From Lama guanicoe (Eukaryota), in assembly GCA_013239625.1 (NCBI GenBank), contig MU054541.1, forward strand, positions 5,747,530 through 5,811,529: 64,000 bases of DNA. Direction: 5' to 3'. Below are positions 1-13,509 of this stretch, one piece after another; the first letter of the stretch is position 1; each line of letters begins with the position of its first letter. Both the position numbers and the translations under genes were made by a program. The notes beneath the pieces are model-generated. The model was given only the letters and a program-made list of their open reading frames with translations. It was not told the origin of the DNA and did no database searches.

Positions 1-1661
1 CAGACAGCCTTTCAGGGAAAAATAAATCATAAGAGGGTAACATGGTGTTTTTAGCCAGAGGCATAGGTGCAGAAGAAGAAAGGGGTTGTCAGAATTCCTT
101 TGTCCAAAATTACAAACAAACCACCAGTTTGTTACCCGCAGTGAGCGCTGTCACCAAGCAGGCCACCCCCACCCTGGAGAGCCAGGATCAGCCGTTGATT
201 TCTCATCGAACCAAGAACCAACAGAACAGATTACTCCAGTTGAAAAACAGAGAGCCTCGCACTTAATAAACATAAGCATGTTTCATGAAACTTCTGAAAT
301 GTTAATGTGTAAAACTGTACTGGGTCTTCGTGTCACATCTACTTCTTACTACAGTGGTGGACAAAAAATATTTGAAAGTTTTGCCCTGGCAGTAGCAAGG
401 TTGCTGGTGGAATGGTACTTTTGCACCCTCTTTTTCACCCTGGTATTAGCCCAGTGAAAGAGCTGTATTGTTTGCTTTCCAATAGAGCGGCTCTTGCCCC
501 GGGAGCGGCCCGGGCAGGCTGGCGGAAGCCCTGGATTACAGCCTATGAATCATGGCTGCATCATTGCTGAGTAGATGGGTTTTATAGGCAAGTTGCTCAA
601 CCTCTCAGAGTCTCGATTTCTACATCATTCTGTAGCGATACCTCCTATTTCATTCAAGAGTCTTGAAGATTAAAGAAGATATTGCCTACAAGGTCCCTAG
701 CACCGTGCCCCGAGGATAAAGCTATACAATAAATGTGGCTTCCTGCCCGGTCCACACGCCCCACCCCACAGCACCCCTTCTGTAGGGCTTTAGGGACGGC
801 CTCCGCTTTCTCCCTCCTTTCTTGGGAGGGGCTCTGTCGACCCTGAAAAATACTACCTAACAATCCAAGCGAGTCATCTTCAGAAGCAGTCACTGAACCG
901 AAATGAGGCAAACCTATAATTCACTCAAGTGTTCAGAAACAGGTGTCTCGAAGAATATATGAAACAAGACCTCTGGAAGGACTCTTATTTGTCTTGGCTT
1001 GCCCAGGGTCGAGGCCTGAGAGAAGTGTTTTCTTAGATGAACAGTTTCAGTGCCTTCAGGGTCTCGGAAAAGCATCAGTCGCATATTCTAAGCGATAAAA
1101 ACAGCTTCTGTATCTCCTCTGTGGGACTCCGCATTCCTGGGGACCACGTGGTTTCCACAGCGCCCAGGAAGGACTCTCCGTAAATATTCACTAGGGAGAA
1201 ACAGACCAGGAAAAGCTCCACTCTTCTCCTTTTCTGGTTTAGTCGTTTAATTCCGAAAGGTCAAAGGCCTTTGTGTTTCATCTGTTCCTATGGAAACACC
1301 TCAGTGAGGATGAGCTCTGGCTTAGCCTGTTTCAAACTCTCAGTCAGGTGTTAAGTTTTCTAGCTATGAAAGATCAACAGTCCCAAATTCCAATACCCTG
1401 AGGGAAGCAGGTTAATCACAGGTGGCTGCGTCACCCATCCTGATGGGATTTTCACAGCAATATTTCCTCTCAGAAACTTCTCGTTCCTCTCATCAACAAT
1501 ACTGTCTGTTCTCACTGTCGCTGTCTTTCCCTGGCTCTCCCCCCTTGTTAGTTCTTTCCTGAAACTTCCCCAGCTCCCTCTTTTTTAATATCTCTATTGA
1601 TCTATATATATTTATGTAATACATAAATTTAATCTAAATCACTATAAAATGAGCTTGCTAC

Positions 1662-1747
1662 TTTTTTTTGGTCTGCTTTTCACTGAAGTATATAGTTGAT
1701 TTACAATGTTGTGTTAGTTTCTGGTGTACAGCATAGTGATTCAGTTT

Positions 1748-1785
<38 letters not shown>

Positions 1786-1890
1786 CTTTTTCATATTCTA
1801 TTTCATTATAGGTAATGACAACCTATTGACTGTTGTTGCTCTACAGTAGGTCCTTGTTGTTTATCTATTTTGCAGATGGTAGTTTGTCTC
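1662..1890 (-). mobile_element. 5'-truncated L1 3' end (cetartiodactyl type) with internal (TA)n
   Basis: gaagtatatagttgatttacaatgttgtgttagtttctggtgtacagcatagtgattcag is homologous to the copies at 43590 and 46246. Confidence 0.8.
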
Positions 1891-3299
1891 TGAGGTCTCG
1901 GCAGAACACTTCTACTTGTCTCTGCATTACCAGCTATCTTGCTGGCACCTCTCCCAGATCCCTTACTACGTTCTGACGTGTGTTACAATTACCTCCCCCC
2001 GAGGCAGTGAGCGCCTTGAGAGGAGTGGACTGTGTCTCAACTGTTATCACGCCTCCCCTGAGCTTCGTTCAGAACACAGTGCCTGACCCGTCATCAACAG
2101 TCAACACAGGCTGTTGAACTGGCTGGACCAGAGCTCCCCGTACCACTGCAGTTGTTCCTCTGTGCCTAATACCAAGTCCAGGGACTTCTTCCTTCTCCAT
2201 AATATCAGGAAAGAGCACTTTAAGACAGGAAAGAAACAGAAGGTCCAGAGAAGAAAGGAAACTAGAGAGAAACTGAAAAGCTTCCTTCTGGAACATTCTG
2301 AGCTGTACTCCATCTCCCCGTCTGCCACGTCCGCCTGTTAGCCTAGCGCTGTGCCACCTCTTTGCCTTGACTGAGATACTGGTTTTACCTGAAGAGCAAC
2401 TCACTCACTCTGGAGCTTTCAAAGTCTTCCTGGATCGCTAATGAGAATGACACTGCATTTCAATTTAGAATCCTTTTTACCATAATCCCAAAGCATTTTC
2501 TAACTAAAGAACCAGTCTTGATTAAATCACATTTTCCCTTTGCCTCCCGCCTACAATTTCTGAACATTCAGGTCTTTGGAGGCAGGCTGAGCTGAGACCC
2601 TGAAAAAGGGGAGGGCGTCCTGCCCAGGCGTGACTGCCCACACTGTTCTCTCTGAGCATCCCCCCTTCCTCTGGTCACTTGCAGGCTGGTCCGGCAGCTG
2701 CAACTGTCACCAGTTTAATGCATGTCGTTGCCTGGGAAGCAATGCTGGGAACTTTTTTGCAGCGGCTGGAACAATGTTGCTGACATATGTTCCCACGGCC
2801 AGAACAATGACGAGGCTCCTTTCAATTCTGTTTCTTCCCTTGCAGGTTTGGAGAATGCTCTTTGTGAGGCCTGGCTGAGTCACAGATGGACAGAGGGCTC
2901 GGGACTGGCGCCCTCCTGTCCCTCCCCACTGGGTTGCCTAAGGCATTTGCATATGGTGAATCCTCCTGCCAGGCTCTTTACAAAACCAAAAAGAAAGGCT
3001 TTTTTTTTTTTCCTTTTCAGGGCCAGGTGGCTTTGCCGATTAGAATTTGTTCTGTTAGCAAGAGCAGCCTAAGGAGATTAGACAGACAGGCCAATCTCCC
3101 TCCACAACGATTTGGTTCTACCCAGGGCTTATTTGATGAGGCCGAGTAGCCCGGGGCCTCCGTGGCTGCATTTGAATTCAGTCTGGCCAGCAGTCTGCAC
3201 TTCTCACAGGCGGTGGGAACTAAGGCTTTAAACAAGTCACAGAACTTTGCAGAGACCTCACCCTGGCTTGAGCGACTAGGATACTACGTGGGGACTGTC

Positions 3300-3990
3300 A
3301 CCTCTATTAGGGTTCTTCTCCTCTTCCAATATATCTGGAAAAATACATGATACATCCCAGACTCTCATACATGTCCTCAAAACCAAAGGCACAGTGAGGT
3401 GTTTATTCATATCCATCATGGTTCATGGCCCCACCTTGGGCCCAGCTTCTGAAACAGAAGCTGGAAGTCATTCCAGTTGCTTCACTTTCCCCCATATAGA
3501 GTGGATTAATTCTATCTTAATGGCTCTCTTCCTCTTCATTTCTTCTTCATCCTGTTGTTCCTAAACTATATGCAGCTGATTGTATTAGGTTCATTGCTTT
3601 TCTTCCTGCCTCTCCCGGAACCTCCTTCCACAAAGCTGTCAGAATCATTTTCCTAACATTCAAGTCCAATTTCATCAGCCCCTTGCTCAAAACTCTTCAG
3701 CAATGCCCATTCATCTTGGCGATAAAAGCCGTCTCCTTCCGGTGGCTTCAGGGTTTGGTTCTTTCCTACCTGTCCAACCACCCTTATGTCCCGACTTCTC
3801 CCAGGATTCCAGTAACTCTAAATGGCTTTGTGCTCAGCATCCCTGCTAGGCTCTTACATACCTCCATGGTGCTCTTTTCGCTAGAATGCATCTACACTTT
3901 GGCTTGTTCCCTGTTCTCAAGATCACCAAATATTGAACTGACTTGCCTAATTTCATTCTGCTCCCCGTGCCCAAACCAGGACACGTGTTA
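3300..3990 (+). mobile_element. L2 fragment
   Basis: Pyrimidine-rich decayed L2 ORF2/3' motifs (cccttgctcaaaactcttcagcaatgcccatt). Confidence 0.55.
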
Positions 3991-4039
3991 GTCCATACTT
4001 CTCCATGTTGTTTCTTTCATTGGTCAAGAGTAGCAGAAA

Positions 4040-4326
4040 CTTGAGAAGAAGTTCATTTTCCCCACTCTGCCATCCCCAAACAAGAAAACCTTGAGGGATA
4101 TCCCACAGGGTAGAACCTGAGAGTGAAGATGACGAGGTGGCAGGCACAACAGAGGCAAAGAGGAACTGGGTCCTTGGTAACTTTGAGTGACTGAATCAAG
4201 CCTGTCTGGAAACCTGCTTTCTATCAGGACTTTTCAAGTTCATCAGCCAACAAATTCCCAGTATTGTTTAAACCTGTTTGAACTGAGTTTTCCATTTCTT
4301 AAACACAGAGAAGCTTATCTGATACA
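4040..4326 (+). mobile_element. Old MaLR LTR (MLT1J/K-like)
   Basis: ctgggtccttggtaactttgag...gccaacaaattccc...gtttaaacctgtttgaactgagttttc...ctgataca 3' end. Confidence 0.6.
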
Positions 4327-4579
4327 GCAGGAACTAATAGCATTCTCTTTGAAAGAAGTAGCTTTCTTTAGAATAAATGTTAAAATAATATAAAACCAAG
4401 GGAGCTCAATAAATGCAGCATTGAATAGAGCCAAGAAGCATGAATTCTATGAAAACTACCCTGTAACTTCTAGGGGCCCTATTGTCTCATGTTTTATTCT
4501 TCTGCCTATAAACTGAGTCTATTCCTACCAACACCTTCCTTAATTTATAACACAGTTGATAGTAATAAAGTCTGGCAAG

Positions 4580-4931
4580 ATGTTTTAGTCTATTCTGGCT
4601 GCTATAGCAAAATGCCACAGACTTATCAACAACAGAAATTTACTTGTCATCATTCTGGAGGCTGGAAGCTCCGAAGTCAGGGTGCCAATATAGTAGGGTT
4701 CTGGTGAAAACTCTCTTCCAGGNNNNNNNNNNNNNNNNNNNNNNNNNNNNNNNNNNNNNNNNNNNNNNNNNNNNNNNNNNNNNNNNNNNNNNNNNNNNNN
4801 NNNNNNNNNNNNNNNNNNNNNNNNNNNNNNNNNNNNNNNNNNNNNNNNNNNNNNNNNNNNNNNNNNNNNNNNNNNNNNNNNNNNNNNNNTTCCAATATAT
4901 GAATCTCAACATATAAATTCAGACCATAGCA
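4580..4931 (-). mobile_element. MLT1A-like MaLR solo LTR with central N-run
   Basis: tgttttagtctattctggctgctatagcaaaatgccacagac...acagaaatttacttgtcatcattctggaggctggaag...ttcagaccatagca; homologous to the 20374 LTR in reverse. Confidence 0.85.
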
Positions 4932-5049
4932 GAAGAGCTCTGCTCTTCCTTCATATATGCATTTAGTCATCAAAAAAAGCTTAGAGTACTTACTGTGTGC
5001 TTGGTAGTAGGTATTATATGTGTAGAAAAACTTGAGACATACTCTAGGC

Positions 5050-5274
5050 TAGGGTTTGGCAAAGTAGAGCTCACAGGCCAAATCTGGCCCCCTTTGCTGT
5101 TTTTGTAAATAAAGTTTTATTGGCACACAGCTGCACCTATGTGTTTACATATTGTCTGTGGCTGCCTTCACACTACAACAACAGAGTTGAGAAGTTGCCA
5201 CAGAAACCATATGGCCTCCAAAGCCTAAAATATTTACTATCTGGCATTTGACAGAAAAAGTTTGCCAACCTCTG
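5050..5274. mobile_element. MER58A-like hAT-Charlie MITE
   Basis: TIRs agggtttggcaaa / tttgccaacctct, internal tttttgtaaataaagttttattgg, degenerate 8-bp TSD ctctaggc/cttgaggc. Confidence 0.85.
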
Positions 5275-7289
5275 CTTGAGGCTCTTCATCACAGCTAAAC
5301 GTTCTGGTTACAATAAACCTCCCTTTTCTGGAGAGCTGGAGTGAAGTATACTCCACCAACTTTTGTGTAACACGGTCCCTAATATCAAATTCCACTCCTC
5401 CCAAAAAAGCATGGGGGAGAAAGAAAAACAATGGTTTTAAACATACATTCAGTTGAATGCATTTGGAGTTTCCAGAATCAATTGGTACCACAGATGAGAT
5501 GCAGACCCCGTGAGTCATCATTAGGCTCCTCCTTGAGAGATGGGCAAAAACCACCCCAGCTGGTGTCAATGAAAAACTAAGTGCAGACAATGTGACTCAT
5601 TAACAAAGAAGAGAGTTTTCTTTTGTTTTGTTTTTTCTCCTCCATCCTTCCCCTTGGCGTAGTTTAGTTCTCAGAACAATGATCTGATTTCAAGAAACTA
5701 TAGTCCAGGATTAGAAAAGAAAAATAAACCCAGCCCATGTCTAAGTATTAATCCAAAGGCTGGCGTCTAGAAATGAGGTTCCTGGTTTAATTTTTTCTAT
5801 ATTGCTCTGTGCTGACCCACAGGTAAGCTTCTAGACTAAGTTTCCTCCTCTTCATTGTGCACTGGAGGCTTTTTCCAAGCTCTTTTCAGTTGCTAGAGGG
5901 ATTAACCCCATAATCACTCACATTATTGTACAGTGGAGTACAAATAGCCCAGACACCTTGAATCCAGTAGACACCTGTGTAAATCTGTTTTGCCACTAAT
6001 AACGTATACAGTGGAAAAGAGGGTATTCGTCTTCTCTGAACCGTGAGTGCCTCAACAGTGTGCAGAATGCTAACTCCTGTTTTCTAGACCTGTGGTCACA
6101 TGTGAAAGTATCTAACACAATCGCAGGCACAGAGCTGTTTTCCAGTAAGTGAGACGTTCTTTCCTCTTTCCTTCATCCTTCTATACCTAAGAAACTAGAA
6201 AGTATACGCTAATCTGAACAACAGAATCACAACTTCCTACTATTCTGAGTCTTTCCTGTGTTAAAGGATAAACAAAAGTTAAAAGTTGAGAGATATGAAG
6301 AGATTTATTTGTGTTCTGAGACTTTCTCCCCTCCAACCCCACCATTATCTCCACTCCCAACCCCAAGATTACAGATGAGAATAGGTTTCTACTTCTAAAT
6401 GAATAGAATGCTGCAGGCATCAATCAGTAGTAACCACGAATGGAAACTTGGCCACTAGTACCCTCTCCGAGGCTGTCTGACACATTTGGATCTAATTGGC
6501 AGTCTGCTTTAGAGCAGCCAAAAAATATAGTGTCATACACATAGCAGATCAAAGTAGAGGCAAACTTGCTAGCAGCCACGGGGCTTTGACTGCCAAAATT
6601 AGACAGGCAAGTCTGCGGGTTTTGTTTAGGGACAGGTAAGTGCTCACTAGCTTATTTAGAGAAACCTCTAGAAGACCCTGATTTAGCTAGTTTGAACCCA
6701 AAACTTGAAGGTACAGTAAAAAACATTCAGCATAGCTGGCCACTTGGGTGGTCAGAAGGAGAGATCATGTTCTTATGTTCATCCTGCCACCACGCACATT
6801 GGAAACTAGTTAATATTCTCTTCTGGGCTTCCAGGTCATGAGTAAGAAATGAGTTTTCAGTAAGAAATATGCCTTAGCCCTAAGCTCATAATTGTCAGCT
6901 ATACCTAAACACACTCTTAAATCCATTATTTGTAGGAGAAAGCAAAATTTTCCCTCTTACTAAAAACTAACAAAAAAAAATGCTTTCTTCTAATTCCAGC
7001 ATTATGCAGAAATACCAGTTGACCAGAATTTAAAGGATAAATGTTCCCACTGAACACTGTTAATCTTTGTACTGTCACAGCCTCCTAAAGATTGTGAAAA
7101 CCTCTTTCCAGAAAAATACATATGCAACACAATTTTACATACAATTCTAGTACTGCCAGGCTTCCTGAGAACCTCCCAGGGACCCCCTTGGGCTCTATAC
7201 TTCCTGGATTAAAGATTATTGTTTTAAATCTATTAAACAGAAAAATAAAACCATTTACCAAATGATGGCTTACCACTATAGGTCTGTCA

Positions 7290-8230
7290 TTATTTAGAAT
7301 TTATGACAGTCATAATCAATTGCCCATTCCTACAAGGATGTGTAGCTCACCAATCAAAAATTACTGCCTTCATCTAATATTGTCCCACTGTCAGAACCCC
7401 TCAGGATTCCTGATCATTTAATTCACTCATCTAAATGTGAATGGACAGCCAAGAAGCATCAAACATTTGAGAGAAGCAAACTATGGCAAACTTTTTTACA
7501 GGTAAAATTCTAACTAGTATCCTTAGAGAGATTAGAATAGATATGATGTCCCTAACAGGATGCTATGGAAAAGGAGAATAGGAAAATAAAAAATAACTCC
7601 TGGAGATTAAAAACGTGATTGCAAAGATGCACAATAAAAGAGAACAGTTGAAAAGTAACAGTAAAAGAAGCTTCCCATAAAGGAGAACAGAAAGACGGAA
7701 ACCATGGGAGGAAAGATGAAGCATGTGGGATCAAAACAGAGGATTTCATACCTAACAGGAGTTTAATAAGAGAAGATGGAGGCAAAGAAATAATAGAAGG
7801 AAATTTCCTGGGGCTTAAGAAGAAAATGTGTCTTCACACGGAAAAGATTTATCAGCTAAGAAGGAGGATGAAGGAAAAGTACTTGTAACTATAAACATTA
7901 CTGTGGAAGTTAAAAACAGAGAAAAAACAAGTCTGCTACAAATGAACTAGATTTTGGAAGATATGGAATTAATGTCTTCAGAATTCTGAGGGAAAAGAAT
8001 TTACAATCTGAAATTCAATACTGAGCCAAACTCTCTGTTGTGATGGACGGCTAAAGAAATTTCAGACAAGCAATGACTAGGAAAGTTTGCCTTCCACACA
8101 TTTTAGTTGAAGACTTACTCCAGCAAAGCAAGGGGCTAAACCAAAAAAAAAGAAGACATGCGATCCAGGAAAGAGTAGGTCAGAAGCAGCAGCAGGAAGA
8201 GAGGTCTCAGCATGACAGCCCTGGAGCTGA
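7290..8230 (+). mobile_element. Ancient L1ME/HAL1-like ORF1 remnant
   Basis: Purine/A-rich decayed sequence with ORF1-like motifs (aaagaaataatagaaggaaatttcctgg; gtcttcagaattctgagggaaaagaatttacaatctgaaattc). No intact frame. Confidence 0.6.
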
Positions 8231-8844
8231 GGCAGGGAAAAGGGAGGCTCTGGAGGGAGGTCACTGAGGGAAGAGTCAACACCGTAAAATAGACGGGATT
8301 TGAGAAGAAGGACTTGAATATGCAATAAAATTCACAAGTGTAATAAAAAAAACCATAAAATATACTCAGGGAAAAGCAAAAAGTTGGCCAATGTACTCAT
8401 AGAAAGGAAATCAACAATTAGAGCAGCACCTTGATGGATTCTGAAACAAAGAACAGAATAAGCTTTAAGCGAAATACAGAAATGATTAAGGATATTAAAA
8501 ATGATAATGATCTAATGACCAATTAATGTTTCTTTTATCAGGTAGAGAAAGGAAAGACACTCAGAAACTCCAGGAGAAACAAAAAGTATGGAAAGCGTAG
8601 CATTTTTAACAATTGCTGAAGGACTAGGAAGAACAATCCACCTGAGCATTCACCTTTGTTTCTCTTATTAAGGAAATATAATCAAACCACACAGCTTGAC
8701 TCTTACAAATAAATATTTACAAAAGTGAAAATATTTACTAGGTTTCCATTTTTAGACTCAAACTATTGAAAATGAAAGCATAAAGACAAAATCAAAAAAC
8801 AAGTATTTTCTGTCTTGAAAAGTATTGATAATAGAAATAAAAAT

Positions 8845-9050
8845 AACAGTAATAACAACTTATTGAGAACTTATTATGGATCAGATACTGAAGTTAGAAA
8901 CAGCCTCTGTTCCTATTTTACAGATAGGAAAAGCAAGGCATAGTGTGGTTACATAACTTGCCCAAGGTCACACAGATAGTAATGAGTCGGTCAAACCTAA
9001 AGATGATTTGGCTTCAGAAGCAGAGTTCATAACCACTACACTGTACTTCC
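8845..9050 (-). mobile_element. MIR
   Basis: Core attttacagataggaaa...aacttgcccaaggtcacacag. Similar MIRs lie near 12790, 13815, 32640, 51170 and 59600. Confidence 0.75.
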
Positions 9051-10280
9051 TCTTTCGTTTTTACTAAAAACATTAAAAGTATAACTGATAGATTTTACAA
9101 ATTAAATTGAGAGAGGGTGAGGAGGAGAGGTAGAAGCAAGGATAGGGATGTTCATCGCCTTTTTATAAAGTAGGGAGTCAAGAGATACTGTCTATATTTG
9201 ATGGAAAGAGGAATGGAGGTTTTAATTCTTAATATTGCAAAAGTAAGCAAGAAAGGAATTAATAGAAAGGATGTAACCACATTGGGAGGAGGTAGGAAAG
9301 ATGGGAGGAAGAGGAATTTGTATAAGTGAGCTAAATCCTCAAGATATCAGTTGATACTGTGGTTACATTAAAATGAACTTCTCAAACAAGAATTCTGTTT
9401 TTCCTCCTAAAATAATGGGTATCAACAGAAGGCCAAATTGAAATCCAGAATTCAGTGTTCCTCCTCTCTCCTCCTTGGTGTCTGTGTTCAACTGTAGTAA
9501 GCCAGGATCCCACAGCTACTGTCCACAGACATCCAGAGAGCAAATGGTTTCCATGGGCAAAGGGCAAAAGAATACTCTAATGCGAATGGGTTAATCATTG
9601 CTTGTAAAATAGAATCACTGAGTTAAGCGGTATCGTTACAAGCTTTAGATCTTCACATACAATAAATACTAAAGTATGTAACGTAAGATTACATCAGTTT
9701 ATCTTATTAGCAGACAGAGTGGCAGCTAAGAAAGGGGAAAGACACACCTCACTGCACTTTCAAAGGGAATTCCTTTCCAAGCAAATGAAAACAACATGGT
9801 CAATTAACTTCCTGAAAGCACTTTCAGAACCCAGCTCCATTTCCGGTCTTTGTCAAGCTGGTTGTGTACCTCAGTGCTCCCAGCTTCCCCTTAGAAAGGA
9901 GAAGGTAGTTGGGTTGAAAGCATTTCTTAAATACTAATGAATCCATTAATATAAGAAACTCTCCTGTGCCCTCTACTTTCTTAAGAATTACCCAAATTAT
10001 AAAACCAAGTAGAAATGCATCTCCCACACAGTTTTTCTGCATTCGATCTGGCTCTTTCATCATGCCCTATGAGTAACTGTATTTATTCTCTGCTTTGTTC
10101 AAGAAGGATTTCAGGGTAAGTCCTATGAGTAAGCCTCACAGTAGCATAACCCTTTCTAAGCTGGCTCCAGGTAAAAACTAATAGCAATTGGACAGAGGTT
10201 TTAAGATTCAGTGCAGTAATACTATGTTCAAATAAGAAAATGGTAGTAAAATGGAAGACTTTTTAAAAGCACTTATTCTG

Positions 10281-10495
10281 GTGGGGGCAGGGTATAGCTC
10301 AGGGGTAGAGCACGTGCTTAGCATGCATGAGGTCCTGGGTTCAATCCCCAGTACCTCTATTTAAAAAAAAAATAGATAGATAGATAGATAGATAAATACA
10401 CCTAATTACCTCCCCCCAGAAAACAAATTTAAAAAGAATAGTAAAGTTAGGTGTAAGCCAAAAAAAAAACCCACGAGATTAAATTTGTTTTTAAA
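10281..10495 (+). mobile_element. Camelid tRNA-derived SINE (Vic-1-like) with 16-bp target-site duplication
   Basis: tRNA-Ala-like head with Pol III A box (TAGCTCAGGGG) and B box (GGTTCAATCC), A-rich/GATA middle, CCTAATTACC motif. TSD aaaagcacttattctg at 10265-10280 and 10496-10511. Confidence 0.9.
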
Positions 10496-10560
10496 AAAAG
10501 CACTTATTCTGTAGTGCTTTGGTGATAGAACTACCAAAATGCTATTGAATTACCTACATA

Positions 10561-10576
10561 TATGTATGTGTATGTA

Positions 10577-10609
<33 letters not shown>
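10561..10609. repeat. (TATG)n/(TG)n microsatellite
   Basis: Seen directly. Confidence 0.9.
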
Positions 10610-13509
10610 ACGCAAAATATCTTTCTCTCTTGCTTTGTTTTTCCTTTCTCTGCAGACGGTGCTCTGGACCAGGTCTTCATTTTACCTAGACTAATGCCTG
10701 ATGCCCCTAACTGGTCACGCTGCTTCCGGCTTTCTCCCTTGCAATCCACCACTGTCAGGTTAACCTGCTAACGTGTATCTCTGTACACATCACTCCCTCA
10801 TGCTCAGAACCCTTACCTAGCTCCCCTCTGTAATAAGAACCCACCAATTCCTGAGCCTGGCAGTCGAGGGTCTCTCTTTCCTCGTCATTTTCCATCTCTC
10901 CTCTCTTCTACAAGTTCTTTGCTTCTTAATTAGGCTGGTTATCACTCTGCCAGCCACCTTGCTCTCACCATGCCCCTCTCTGTAATGCCCTTGCTGCTTC
11001 TTTGCAACCACCATCCTAACAACCTATCAAAGCACTGATCCAGTAAACCCTTAACCAAAAAGTTTCAGCAATGTCTACCCTCCTCCATATGCTTGTAACA
11101 CATATCTCAGCCATTCACCTGGCGTTTATCAGGCATGACCTGATAGGGTTATTCGTCTTTCTGTAGTAGCCCAATATGTTCCTTCCCCTAAACCAGACTA
11201 GGCCACTAATTGCCACACATTTGTTTATACAGAGAAGGTGCTGAATACATGCTTTGTAATGAGAATAGTAACACAATAGACTTGCCTTCTTCAGTGTCTT
11301 CAGCTATAGATAGGGCATCCTTCCCAAACAAGCTTAGGTGCACCCCAGGGGGACACTGAGTGGTACTGGAAGAAACAAGATAAAGGTGAAGCATCTTTAA
11401 GAAGTGAATTTTACTTTGGTAATTTACAATGTTATCTTCAAAATGAAATCAAAACAGTATGGAATAGATTATAATTTTTAGATGAATGTTAAAGACAATA
11501 AAATTAAGAAGTAAAGCAGGAAATGTCAAAGAAGTTTCCAGTCCTCGGTAGTTCACTGTGGGCAATGTTTCCAGGTCAATCTCTTCTTTACAGGGGTGAA
11601 TTCATGTTCTTGTACCAGTTGAGGATGTTTATGTGGAAACGTTTGAGAAACACCCTATAGATCAGGAATGGGTGATAGGGAAAGAATACAGTCATTTTCC
11701 TTCCCCGCCCCACTTCATTTTCATTTAAAGATGCAATCAACACACATTTTTGTTTTCATTAAAATGAGTAATAGAAATTAAGCCTGAAGATTTTTTTTCA
11801 AGTCTTTGTTTTACTTCCTTGGTTATATATGTGACATCAGATTTAAATATTAGAAATGAGTTTTAGTGTGACCACTCTTAAAATTAAATCTCAAATGTTA
11901 AAAAAAAAATCTCAAATGTTAAAAGCCCTAAACCAAAACATTTTGTCACAATTGGGAGCAATCACTTGTAAGAAACCTTATTCTGGGTTTCAAGTAATAC
12001 ATGGACAAGTAAACACATTTTAGTTTAAAAATCAGCATTTTAAAGCATTTTTTGAATATTTAAATTTACTTTTTAATTTACTATTTTTGAGATCCAGTAG
12101 TCTTGTGTTCTACTTTTTAAAATAAAATGTATTATTTAAGTCTGAATAAAAATTTCTTTGTTCCTAAGTAGATGTGCTCATCCACCTGTCTCCTGTTCAT
12201 TCAGACATACACACACACACACGCACACTATAGATGCATAGATAGACATACTATCATATATAGTATCCTATATAACATTCATTAACACATATACATATGT
12301 ACCTGAAATTTAATTCAATTTACAGAACATGCCATGTGTACAGGAAATAAGGAAAAAAATTAATCAGTACCAAGCAACTGAGTTTGACTGACACACTCAG
12401 AATAAATAGTCCATTGTGTGCTTAAAATAAGGATACCAAGTTTGTTGTTTTTAATAAAAGTACTAGAGGAAACGTGTCCCTGAAAAATTTGCCTACTTTT
12501 GTTGTCTTTTGAGACATCAAGAGCTATAAACAAACCAATGTGGTTCAATCACTGTTCTTTGAATTTGCCTATTTTAAATAAACTTTCAATATATTTCACA
12601 TGCTTCTGGAATTATCTTTAATTCTGCGCCTGGAAGCTTCTTTGGGCAATTACCAATTCCTTGACTACTAAGGAGAATTTCCCTCTTGTGTGCTCTTCTC
12701 GTGTATGTGAGGCTTGCGATGGGTGCTGGTGATCCTTTCCATCTTACATGAAAGGTTAGATCTGAACTGGACCGAGAAAGCAATCACTTCTGACCTTCTA
12801 GGATGAGGAAACTGAGGCCAAAATGAATGGTATGTTGTACGAAGCTGAAAGCGGCTAATAGAGCTCTCACACCGCCCTCTAGTCTTCCATTTAGTCAGAA
12901 AAATGGCTATTCTAGTTTAAAAACGTCTGAAGCATCTTGTCAGGGTCTATATTCCTGCACTGGGACAGGAGAAAGGGAGAAGTAATGACCTTGACTTTTG
13001 GCGTAGGTCCTTCAACAACAGACAGCACTGGTTAACTGAAATCCATTGCTCTATTGGTCTGACTTGGGTAGAAACGCCATCCTGCACTTTAAGCCAGCTC
13101 TTGAAACGAGTTGTCCTTCCTGAATCCAACACAAGATTCACTCCAGTCCTGAATCTTCCGAAGATTTGTTTAGAAAGATGAGATCAGATTTTCTTCTAAG
13201 CCCATTTGGGAAAATCTATCTCATGTAAAGATCAAGTGGACCTCCGAAAGCCGCCAGCCAGAAGCAGGGCTACTGTTAACACCTTGGCCATGCCAGGCTT
13301 AACGGAAACTTTAGATCAACAGTTCCCTTGTTGGAAGCTAGATATGCTGTTAACGCTTCCCTGAGATTGTGAGTTCTTCTAGCTAATACGATTCTATCCG
13401 CAGACAGCTTGGTTTCACGTGGCAGAGAAACAGAAACAGCAGAACGTTAAATTTCCTATTGAAAAATGAAAAACACGTTCCCATTGGCCACTTTAAAATT
13501 TAACATGAT

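Noticed and set aside
10284-10358. tRNA-Ala-like genes (also 24928-25000 and 32227-32298)
   Set aside because: They are followed by SINE body and A tail, flanked by TSDs, and have disrupted stems, so they are SINE heads rather than tRNA genes.
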